A stretch of DNA of 32,000 nucleotides from Chitinophaga jiangningensis (lineage in GTDB: Bacteria; Bacteroidota; Bacteroidia; Chitinophagales; Chitinophagaceae), in contig NZ_FRBL01000001.1 of assembly GCF_900142605.1 (NCBI RefSeq), positions 633,836 to 665,835 of the forward strand, in the 5' to 3' direction. Shown here piece after piece: positions 1 through 7,177 of the stretch. Position 1 is the first letter of the stretch, and every line of letters begins with the position of its first letter. Below the pieces are notes generated by a model that ran no database searches, was not told the DNA's origin, and saw nothing but the letters and a program-made list of their open reading frames with translations. Position numbers and translations under genes: made by a program.

Positions 1-117
1 AGCATCTACGGCGTTACTCACCAGCTCACGGATAAAGATTTCGTGATCGGAATACAGGAATTTTTTGATGATCGGAAAGATATTTTCCGTTTGTACACGT
101 ATAGCGCCTTTTTGCAT
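1..117 (-). CDS. htpG: Molecular chaperone HtpG (Hsp90 family), first 39 codons only; gene runs off the left edge
   Basis: Absent from the ORF track because it is short. The reverse complement of 1-117 starts with ATG (117-115) and reads [39 protein letters not shown]. This is the conserved HtpG N-terminus, ending in the E-L-x-S-N-A-x-D-A ATP-binding motif. Confidence 0.8.
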   Translation of the reverse strand, partial: MQKGAIRVQTENIFPIIKKFLYSDHEIFIRELVSNAVDA

Positions 118-204
118 GGGAAAAGTAAATTTTAGATTTCGGGGAGATGAGAGTCAAAGGTTGTGCCAGCGCCGTGGTGGCTGACAAGATGACGCGAGGC
201 GGGA

Positions 205-311
205 TTTTTTCACGCAAAGCTTTGCTGGCGGCGTAAGGGGCAAAGGATTGGTGCGATCTTTTTTTCTCGCAGAGCAGCATAAGAGGCATAAGCAGCAAAG
301 GATTGTGTTTT
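205..311 (+). repeat. Tandem pair of a ~50-bp dispersed repeat (T-run, CnCGCAnAG, GCATAAG/CAGC sub-repeats, AAGGATTnTG): degenerate copy 205-253, good copy 259-311
   Basis: 259-311 (tttttttctcgcagagcagcataagaggcataagcagcaaaggattgtgtttt) aligns by eye with 20903-20955 (tttttttcacgcaaagcagcataagcagctaagcagctaaggattatgtttt). It also aligns with the reverse complement of 21476-21515. Confidence 0.75.
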
Positions 312-317
312 ATTTTG

Positions 318-536
318 CTGGCAATATGCCGGTAATCTGCTGGCAACCTGCTGATAATTTGCTGGAAATCTGCTGGTATCCGCGGGGAATACGCTGGCTA
401 TCTACCGGCAACCTGCTGGTACCCTGCTGGCAATACACTGGCAATACGCTGGCAATACGCTGGCAATACGCTGGCAATACGCTGGCAATACGCTGGCAAT
501 ACGCTGGCAATACGCTGGCAATACGCTGGCGCCGCG
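318..536. repeat. 11-bp tandem array: about 10 degenerate units (318-426), one variant unit (427-437), 8 perfect CTGGCAATACG units (438-525), then a truncated unit
   Basis: Counted base by base. Perfect units start at 438, 449, 460, 471, 482, 493, 504 and 515. Upstream units (ctggcaatatg, ccggtaatctg, ctggcaacctg, ctgataatttg, ctggaaatctg and so on) keep the 11-nt phase and diverge progressively. Confidence 0.95.
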
Positions 537-578
537 CGCAGCGCGGCACTCCCCAATCGCCACCGAAGGTGGCGATTG
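531..578. other. Two GC-rich stem-loops abutting the array: gccgcgc-gca-gcgcggc (531-547) and caatcgccacc-gaa-ggtggcgattg (554-578)
   Basis: Perfect 7-bp and 11-bp inverted repeats with 3-nt loops, read directly from the sequence. No T-run follows. Confidence 0.5.
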
Positions 579-706
579 CCTCCCAACTGGTTCAGCACCA
601 GAACCCTAAATAATATATAACAAGCTATAAATCAATTAATAACCCAAAAAAGAAAGAATATTCCATAATAAAACCCGGTTATCTCCTAAAATTGGGAATA
701 GTTCTT

Positions 707-714
707 TATCTTTG
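707..714 (+). promoter_or_regulatory. Candidate Bacteroidota -7 box (TAnnTTTG) for rpsF-rpsR-rplI
   Basis: tatctttg at 707-714, 43 nt upstream of the rpsF ATG. I found no convincing -33 TTTG at canonical spacing. Confidence 0.35.
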
Positions 715-757
715 CGGTCCGAATTTTTTTATTAAACCTAACAAAAAACAGGGAATT

Positions 758-1108
758 ATGAACTACGAATTGATGGTGATCTTTACCCCTGTGCTTTCTG
801 AAGACGACTACAAAGCGGCTCAGAAAAAATTCGTCGATATCATTAAAGATAACGGCGGAGAAATCACGCACGAAAATCCCTGGGGATTAAGATCACTGGC
901 GTATCCTATCCGGAAAAAGACTACAGGAATGTACCTGGTTCTGGAATATACTGCGCCAACCGACCTCAATGAGAAGCTGAAAATCCAGCTGAACCGCGAT
1001 GAAAATGTATTACGTCACATGGTGACTGCGCTTGACAAATACGCTGTAGCGTACAACAACCGCAAGAACTACGGTGCGAATGCTGAATCTAAAACCACTG
1101 AAGCTTAA
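758..1108 (+). CDS. rpsF: 30S ribosomal protein S6
   Basis: ORF 692-1108 trimmed to the internal ATG at 758. The product begins [18 protein letters not shown]...[25 protein letters not shown], a typical S6, and is followed by S18 and L9. Confidence 0.95.
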   Translation: MNYELMVIFTPVLSEDDYKAAQKKFVDIIKDNGGEITHENPWGLRSLAYPIRKKTTGMYLVLEYTAPTDLNEKLKIQLNRDENVLRHMVTALDKYAVAYNNRKNYGANAESKTTEA

Positions 1109-1112
1109 AATT

Positions 1113-1385
1113 ATGGCAGTTAAACCTAAACAAGAGATCAAATACTTAACAGCCGTAAAAACTGAAAAACGTCAGAAGAAATACTGCCGTTTTAAGAAAA
1201 TGGGCATCAAGTATGTAGATTACAAAGACGCGGAGTTTTTGAAGAAATTTCTGAACGATCAGGGCAAAATGTTGCCACGTCGTATTACAGGTAACTCCCT
1301 GAAATTTCAGCGTAAAGTAGCCCAGGCTATTAAGAAAGCTCGTCAAATGGCTTTATTGCCTTATGTTACTGACCTTTTAAAGTAA
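1113..1385 (+). CDS. rpsR: 30S ribosomal protein S18
   Basis: ORF 1074-1385 trimmed to the ATG at 1113, just after the rpsF stop. Contains [15 protein letters not shown]...[31 protein letters not shown], an S18 signature. Confidence 0.95.
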   Translation: MAVKPKQEIKYLTAVKTEKRQKKYCRFKKMGIKYVDYKDAEFLKKFLNDQGKMLPRRITGNSLKFQRKVAQAIKKARQMALLPYVTDLLK

Positions 1386-1391
1386 GAAGTT

Positions 1392-1838
1392 ATGCAAGTT
1401 ATTTTAATACAAGACGTAGACAACCTGGGTCAGAAGAATGAACTGGTTTCCGTAAAGAATGGTTACGCCAGAAATTTCCTGATCCCGCAGAAGTTTGCGG
1501 TAGAAGCTAGTCCTTCTAACCTGAAACAACTGCAGGAGCGCCTGAAAGTACAGAAAGTGAAAGAAGAGAAACTGCTGGCGGAAATCGCTAAAGTAGTGGA
1601 AGTTCTGAAAGCTTCTCCTGTTAAAATCGGCGCTAAAACCGGTACTTCCGGTAAAATCTTCGGTAGCGTTACCGGTGTTCAGATTGCCCGCGCAATTAAA
1701 GAACAGAAAGGTTACGAAATCGACCGTCGCCGCATCCACATCCTGGATGATGTGAAAGAATTAGGTACTTACAAAGCTCGCCTGGACTTCGGTAAAGGCA
1801 ACGATACCGAAATGGAATTCGAAGTGGTAGCTGAGTAA
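1392..1838 (+). CDS. rplI: 50S ribosomal protein L9
   Basis: MQVILIQDVDNLGQKNELVSVKNGYARNFLIPQKFA is a canonical L9 N-terminal domain. The gene is third in the S6-S18-L9 operon. Confidence 0.95.
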   Translation: MQVILIQDVDNLGQKNELVSVKNGYARNFLIPQKFAVEASPSNLKQLQERLKVQKVKEEKLLAEIAKVVEVLKASPVKIGAKTGTSGKIFGSVTGVQIARAIKEQKGYEIDRRRIHILDDVKELGTYKARLDFGKGNDTEMEFEVVAE

Positions 1839-1857
1839 TATATAACTCTTGAATAGT

Positions 1858-1896
1858 AAAGCACCCGTGCCGCCTGGTACGGGTGCTTTATTTTTT
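1858..1896 (+). terminator. Rho-independent terminator of the rpsF operon
   Basis: Stem gcacccgt (1861-1868) pairs with acgggtgc (1879-1886), followed by tttatttttt. Confidence 0.85.
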
Positions 1897-1910
1897 GTAA
1901 CTTCCCTCCC

Positions 1911-2774
1911 ATGATAAAGTATCTCCTTGCCCTCGCTTTACCAGTGCTGCTGACAGCCTGTTCTTCCCACCGCGGGAAGCTCAATACGCCACGCCTGCAG
2001 GCCATCACTATCCATGGAGAAAACAACCCCTGGATAAGTTTCAGGTATAATAAAGACGGGCAGATGACCACCCTCACAAAACATCCCAACGCAAACGATA
2101 CCAATACCATCCATTTTGAATATGACCAACAGCACCGTCTCACCGGCATGCGCTGCGAACTCAATACCCACAACCAGGTAAAGGTGACTAAATCAGCCAC
2201 CGTTAAGGACTGGGATCTGCGCGGCAACATCAAAGAAGTGGATTTCTTCGACGGGGATAAACAACACGTACGTACTGCACGTATCCAATGGCAAAACGAC
2301 CTGCCCCTGTCACTCAAATACACCGACCTCCAACAGGCCACCAGCTGGGATTACATAGAAGGCAACCCCACCTGGAAAAATATCGCCAAAGATCGACGGG
2401 AGGATACCACCATCTACTTTACCAAAGCCAGCTGCGACTGGGATAACTCCTATAACCCACTCGCGCGCCTGGCCAACCAGCTCATTCTGGCAGATACCAT
2501 TCCGCAGGGCCATGCCAGCGAGCCCCTGCCCGACCTGGCCAACCTCCTCTTACATATCAGCTTTAACAATCCCAGCAGAATCCAGCTGGACGAAAAGCTG
2601 GAAACAGTCACCCAACAGGGTGTGATGGCTTTATCCAGATCCACCACCGTGCAGTATATGTATGCCTGTAACGGGAATGGTTATCCCAGAAGCGCTAACG
2701 TCTACCTACATACAAAAGGTTATACACAATTCAATAATACCTGCAATACGGTGGTAGATTACAGTTACGAATAA
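1911..2774 (+). CDS. Hypothetical lipoprotein
   Basis: Signal peptide with lipobox MIKYLLALALPVLLTAC-SS. Weak YD-like motifs (FRYNKDGQMTTL, FEYDQQHRLTGM). I recognise no family with confidence. Confidence 0.7.
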   Translation: MIKYLLALALPVLLTACSSHRGKLNTPRLQAITIHGENNPWISFRYNKDGQMTTLTKHPNANDTNTIHFEYDQQHRLTGMRCELNTHNQVKVTKSATVKDWDLRGNIKEVDFFDGDKQHVRTARIQWQNDLPLSLKYTDLQQATSWDYIEGNPTWKNIAKDRREDTTIYFTKASCDWDNSYNPLARLANQLILADTIPQGHASEPLPDLANLLLHISFNNPSRIQLDEKLETVTQQGVMALSRSTTVQYMYACNGNGYPRSANVYLHTKGYTQFNNTCNTVVDYSYE

Positions 2775-2820
2775 CTGACACTCAATATTTTATTTCACGA
2801 TTTTTCGTAACTTATCGTGA

Positions 2821-3444
2821 ATGCAAATATTAAAACGCCTGTATAATGCACCAGTAACCCTTTCACTGATAGCAGTGAATACAGTCATCTTTTGCATAAT
2901 GGCGATCAGTGGGCATGAACTGTGGTGGGGCAATGCGGATGACCTACTACTCCGGGGCGCCAACTACTGGCCCCTTACGGTAGTGCAACACCAATACTGG
3001 CGTTTATTTACCAGTATGTTTCTGCATGCTGGCCTCTGGCATTTGTTTACCAATATGCTGGGATTACTCATCGCCGGCATATTCCTGGAACCCATTTTAA
3101 AAGGACCTAAATTTTGCCTCGTGTACCTGGTTACAGGCCTGGTGGCTGATTATGCCAGCATATGGTTCCATCCCGATGCCGTAGGCGTAGGCGCATCAGG
3201 GGCCATATTCGGCATTTATGGTGCCTTTCTGGCGCTGCTAACCACCCCCCTGTTTAAACGGTCCGTAAAAATGCCTTTCCTCATTTTTATAGCCTTATTT
3301 GTATGTTTAAATATCATCGTGGCATGCTTTACCGTAGGCATAGATAATATTGCGCACCTTACCGGCTTTGGCTGCGGCATACTCACCGGCTATTTACTAT
3401 ACTTTACTTTATCCAAAGCAGATGCAAGCCGGTTGCCAAACTAA
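2821..3444 (+). CDS. Rhomboid family intramembrane serine protease
   Basis: Polytopic protein with the rhomboid motifs WRLFTSMFLHAGLWHLFTNM, GASGAIFG (catalytic Ser) and AHLTGFGCG (catalytic His). Confidence 0.9.
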   Translation: MQILKRLYNAPVTLSLIAVNTVIFCIMAISGHELWWGNADDLLLRGANYWPLTVVQHQYWRLFTSMFLHAGLWHLFTNMLGLLIAGIFLEPILKGPKFCLVYLVTGLVADYASIWFHPDAVGVGASGAIFGIYGAFLALLTTPLFKRSVKMPFLIFIALFVCLNIIVACFTVGIDNIAHLTGFGCGILTGYLLYFTLSKADASRLPN

Positions 3445-3468
3445 TCGCAAGACGAAAACTTAAATACT

Positions 3469-3476
3469 TACTTTTG
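3469..3476 (+). promoter_or_regulatory. Candidate -7 box (TAnnTTTG) for the 3492 lipoprotein gene
   Basis: tacttttg at 3469-3476, 15 nt before the ATG at 3492. No clear -33 element. Confidence 0.3.
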
Positions 3477-3491
3477 CAGATCAGCAACTTA

Positions 3492-4244
3492 ATGAAGAAT
3501 ATGTACAAAAACCTGTTTAACCTGGCAGCACTGGCAGTAATGCTCTGGAGCTGCGGACAGCAGAAAACACAAAAAACACCACCAACGGATGCTGCCGGCT
3601 CACAAATGGCAGACGTACCGGCACTTTCTGACACGCCAATCGACACCATGGAGCTGGCAGGAAAAACTTACCTGATCTATACCATCGATTCTACCGTATT
3701 TGAAAACTTCAAAGTACAACCGCAGGATACCAGCGAAGCCCAGGCACTTGCAAAAGATTCTACTGTAAAAAGAACAGGTAACAGCTTACAGTTTAAACTA
3801 CAAAATGGTAAAATTGCCACCCTCACGGACAAAGACAGCGATGCCGAAAATGAAGGCGACTTCGTGCATTTCTCTTATGTGAGCAATTACCCGGAAATCA
3901 ACCGCAAAGGTATCATCGCATATTATTACGAATCGCAGGATTTCCTGCTGCTGGACACCCGCACGGGCGATACCCTGCACATCTGGACTGAACCCATCTT
4001 CTCCCCGGATAAAAAACATATCCTCTGCGCCAGCATGGACCTGGTGGCAGCGTTTATGCCAAACGGTTTCCAACTGTATAATATCGAAAAAGACAGTATC
4101 CGCTACATGGGCGAGACCAACCTGGAAACCTGGGGACCCACAGAAACAAAATGGGTGGATGCTAAAACGATCCTCTGTCGCTATATCAGTATCGACGACG
4201 AAGGAACCACCCAATCCACACATGTAAAATTGGTGATGCAATAG
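3492..4244 (+). CDS. Hypothetical lipoprotein
   Basis: ORF 3474-4244 begins at TTG. The first ATG at 3492 gives MKNMYKNLFNLAALAVMLWSC-GQQ, a signal peptide with a lipobox Cys. No family recognised. Confidence 0.7.
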   Translation: MKNMYKNLFNLAALAVMLWSCGQQKTQKTPPTDAAGSQMADVPALSDTPIDTMELAGKTYLIYTIDSTVFENFKVQPQDTSEAQALAKDSTVKRTGNSLQFKLQNGKIATLTDKDSDAENEGDFVHFSYVSNYPEINRKGIIAYYYESQDFLLLDTRTGDTLHIWTEPIFSPDKKHILCASMDLVAAFMPNGFQLYNIEKDSIRYMGETNLETWGPTETKWVDAKTILCRYISIDDEGTTQSTHVKLVMQ

Positions 4245-4280
4245 CAAATTATCCGTAACTTAAAGATAAATCCGTCATAT

Positions 4281-4658
4281 ATGAAACAGCTGGCTACTAC
4301 CTTGCTCCTGCTCATTTTCGGTGTTTTCTTTATGCAAACGCAGGCGCAAAATCCAACTATCAACATAGAAGGTACTTCCGCCTCTATTGTCAGCAAACTG
4401 GGTAAGTCACTGGTGCTCACCGATCAGCAACAACCTAAGTTACTTACCCTTGTCACCAATTATCTGCAACAAAAATCGAATATACAGGCACTCAAAGGCA
4501 GCAATGAAAAGGCTTACCAGACAAAGCTCAACAGCATGCAGAATGGCCTTAACAACAAACTAAAAGCACTGCTGGGCACTGAACAGTTTAATAACTATCT
4601 CAGTTTAAAGCCGGCAGCCCCGGATGCAACCAACGTGCTCACCTACCTGTACTATTAG
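4281..4658 (+). CDS. Hypothetical secreted protein
   Basis: Cleavable-looking signal peptide MKQLATTLLLLIFGVFFMQTQAQ. The remainder is Q/N/K/L-rich and probably helical. A terminator follows. Confidence 0.65.
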   Translation: MKQLATTLLLLIFGVFFMQTQAQNPTINIEGTSASIVSKLGKSLVLTDQQQPKLLTLVTNYLQQKSNIQALKGSNEKAYQTKLNSMQNGLNNKLKALLGTEQFNNYLSLKPAAPDATNVLTYLYY

Positions 4659-4683
4659 ATGTCACGATAATTAAGTATTTTCA

Positions 4684-4719
4684 GGCGCTTCACTTAGCAA
4701 TAGGTGAGGCGCTTTTTTT
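4684..4719 (+). terminator. Rho-independent terminator
   Basis: ggcgcttcac (4684-4693) pairs with gtgaggcgc (4704-4712) with one G-U pair, followed by ttttttt. Confidence 0.75.
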
Positions 4720-4740
4720 ACCAGTGAACAATTATGAACA

Positions 4741-7098
4741 ATGCAATTGCTTAAGTTAACATCTGCTGTATTTGCGGCGGCCACCATCCTGTCCGCCCAT
4801 CCCGTGGCAGCCCAGCAAAATACTGACTCTGCACAGCTGGCAGCCATAGTAAAAGCCCTGCCGCCGCTGGCACCTGTTAAAGTCGGACAAACTGCAATTC
4901 CACTGCCAACAGCACCAGCAGGCTATAACCTGCTGCTGAAAGGCTCCGACAGAATGCCGGTCATCAACCTGGATGGCCACGTTACCACTCCGCTTACGGA
5001 TGCTACCGTAAACCTTTACTTTGTATTGCAACGGCAGTCGGATGGTGCTGAAACGGATGTACCCATGTCTGTTGCTGTTTCAGGGAGATATGGAGCGCCG
5101 CAGGCGGATCAGCCATTCGTAATTCCGGCACTCCGGGAATGGCATGGCTATACAGGCCATTACACGCTGACACCTAAGGCAAGAGTGATCATTGACCCGG
5201 CCTATGCTGCACAGCTGGAAAGCGTGGCACAGCGGCTCACCGCTGATATCGCGGCTACCACATCTACCTGTAAAATAACTTACAAAACCGGCAAACCTGC
5301 CGCCGGTGATATATTTCTGACATTAGCCGGCGCAGATGCCAACCTTGGCAAGGAAGGTTACCAGCTGGATATCAACAGCGCAGTAACGGTAACGGCTACA
5401 CACCCTACCGGCGTTTTGTGGGGCGCGCAAACCATCCTGCAGTTGCTGCAGCAGTCGCCTGCCCGCAACACCCTGCCCAAGGGCATCACGCGGGATTACC
5501 CTAAATACGCAGTGCGTGGCTTTGTGCTTGATGCCGGCAGAAAATTTTTCAGCATGGAATTTCTACGTAACTATGTGAAATTCATGTCTTACTATAAAAT
5601 GAATGATTTCCATGTACACCTGAATGACAACGGATTTGCGAAGTTTTTCGGGGATAACTGGGATAGCACCTATTCCGCCTTCCGGCTGGAAAACAGCACC
5701 TATCCCGGGCTGACAGCCAAAGACGGCTCCTACTCCAAAAAAGAATTTATTGCCCTGCAAAAAATGGCGGACAGCTTTGGAGTACGGATCATCCCGGAAA
5801 TAGATGTACCGGCGCATTCACTCGCGCTCAGCAAAGCCCTGCCAGCGGTAGCCAGCGATAAATACGGCCGGGACCATCTCAACCTGGAACCTGTTTCCTG
5901 GCAAATGGTGGATAATATTTTCAAAGAATACCTGGAAGGCCCGCAACCGGTGTTTATCGGCGACGAAGTACACATCGGTACCGATGAATATGATAAAAAA
6001 GAGTCCGAAAAATTCAGGGCTTTCACCGATCACCTGATAAAATATGTGGAAGGTTACGGCAAGAAAGTAAGGATGTGGGGCTCACTCACACATGCCAAAG
6101 GAACTACTCCCGTGAAATCAACCGGTGTTACCATGAATGCCTGGTACAACGGTTATGCGGAGCCGCGCGATATGATTAAGCTGGGTTATGACCTCATCAG
6201 CACACCAGACGGCTGGCTGTATATAGTGCCCGCTGCCGGTTATTATTACGACTACCTCAACATCTCCCGTATATATAACAAATGGGAGCCGAATATGATA
6301 GGGAAGGAAGTATTTCCGTTTGGGCATCCGAAAATTAAAGGCGGCGCATTTGCAGTATGGAATGATCATCCCGGCAATGGCATAACCGCCGAAGATGTAC
6401 ATGACCGCGCCTTTCCGGCCATGCAGGTATTAGCGGAGAAAATGTGGACCGGCTACAACGCCCATCAGCCGTATAAAACCTACCTCAGTAAAAGTAAATA
6501 TCTCCCTGAAGGACCAGGGTTAAACTTACAACACAAATTATATAGTAAGGATTCCATATTAATAGCATACGATTTTAAAAGTAAAAAAGATATCAGTGGC
6601 AATAAGCACGACGCCACTACACTGGTAAACGGTACTATTGCTAACAGCCTAAAGCTGAATGGCGGCAGGAGCTATTTACAAACACCGGTGGATGCCATCG
6701 GTTACGGATATACGATTTCATTTGACATCAAGCCGGATAAAAACAATCCGGCCAATGCAGTATTATTTTCCGGCCCTACCGGCGCTGTAAAATTACTCCA
6801 GCAGCAAACTGGTAAACTGGGCTTCAGCAGAGAGGGATATGATTATTATTTCAACTACAGTGTTCCGGCTGAAACCTGGACACATATTGAGATTTCAGGA
6901 GATAACAAAGGCACATTGCTATTTGTAAATGGCGTGCTAACAGAGCGACTGGAAGGTGCGAAAATTTCTTTTACCAATACGAAAGATAAAATTGCAAAAG
7001 TGCAGACGCTGGTGTTTCCGTTTAAGTATATCGGGGATACAGCGAATGCTTTTGTGGGTGAGTTGAAGCATATCAGGGTGACCAGTATCAAAAAATAA
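4741..7098 (+). CDS. Glycoside hydrolase family 20 beta-N-acetylhexosaminidase with a C-terminal LamG/concanavalin-like domain
   Basis: Signal peptide present. GH20 catalytic-domain motifs are RGFVLDAGRKF, NDFHVHLNDN, IPEIDVPAHS and HIGTDEY (D-E catalytic pair). The C-terminal ~200 aa look lectin-like (LKLNGG...FVGELKHIRV). Confidence 0.85.
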   Translation: MQLLKLTSAVFAAATILSAHPVAAQQNTDSAQLAAIVKALPPLAPVKVGQTAIPLPTAPAGYNLLLKGSDRMPVINLDGHVTTPLTDATVNLYFVLQRQSDGAETDVPMSVAVSGRYGAPQADQPFVIPALREWHGYTGHYTLTPKARVIIDPAYAAQLESVAQRLTADIAATTSTCKITYKTGKPAAGDIFLTLAGADANLGKEGYQLDINSAVTVTATHPTGVLWGAQTILQLLQQSPARNTLPKGITRDYPKYAVRGFVLDAGRKFFSMEFLRNYVKFMSYYKMNDFHVHLNDNGFAKFFGDNWDSTYSAFRLENSTYPGLTAKDGSYSKKEFIALQKMADSFGVRIIPEIDVPAHSLALSKALPAVASDKYGRDHLNLEPVSWQMVDNIFKEYLEGPQPVFIGDEVHIGTDEYDKKESEKFRAFTDHLIKYVEGYGKKVRMWGSLTHAKGTTPVKSTGVTMNAWYNGYAEPRDMIKLGYDLISTPDGWLYIVPAAGYYYDYLNISRIYNKWEPNMIGKEVFPFGHPKIKGGAFAVWNDHPGNGITAEDVHDRAFPAMQVLAEKMWTGYNAHQPYKTYLSKSKYLPEGPGLNLQHKLYSKDSILIAYDFKSKKDISGNKHDATTLVNGTIANSLKLNGGRSYLQTPVDAIGYGYTISFDIKPDKNNPANAVLFSGPTGAVKLLQQQTGKLGFSREGYDYYFNYSVPAETWTHIEISGDNKGTLLFVNGVLTERLEGAKISFTNTKDKIAKVQTLVFPFKYIGDTANAFVGELKHIRVTSIKK

Positions 7099-7101
7099 TT
7101 T

Positions 7102-7175
7102 GCAGTATTCACCATCGCTTTCGGCGATGGTGAATACTGCGTGAGAAGCAACGCTGACGGCGTTGCTTCTCACGC
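7102..7175. terminator. Two back-to-back perfect hairpins between convergent genes (bidirectional terminator region)
   Basis: gcagtattcaccatcgc (7102-7118) pairs with gcgatggtgaatactgc (7124-7140). gcgtgagaagcaacgc (7139-7154) pairs with gcgttgcttctcacgc (7160-7175). Confidence 0.7.
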
Positions 7176-7177
7176 AA

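Noticed and set aside
318-536. Possible CRISPR array
   Set aside because: The units are 11 bp and directly abutting with no spacers, and there are no cas genes in the window. This is a microsatellite-type tandem repeat.
248-613. Three overlapping ORFs (248-613 +, 310-549 -, 398-598 -) encoding repetitive peptides such as LAIRWQYAGNT
   Set aside because: They exist only because the 11-bp unit CTGGCAATACG has no stop codon in any of the six frames. The periodicity is 11 nt rather than 3. They overlap each other on both strands and run through non-coding repeats.
1769-2341. 190-aa minus-strand ORF overlapping the rplI terminator and the lipoprotein gene
   Set aside because: It runs through a terminator hairpin and is antisense to a gene with a clear lipoprotein signal. 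The product is Arg/Ser/Cys/Trp-rich.
3474-3491. TTG-initiated N-terminal extensions in the ORF track (3474, 9556, 19691, 25543, 28483)
   Set aside because: In each case an in-frame ATG lies 2-6 codons downstream. That ATG gives a canonical N-terminus or signal peptide, or removes an overlap with the upstream gene. I used the ATG, although the TTG starts cannot be excluded.
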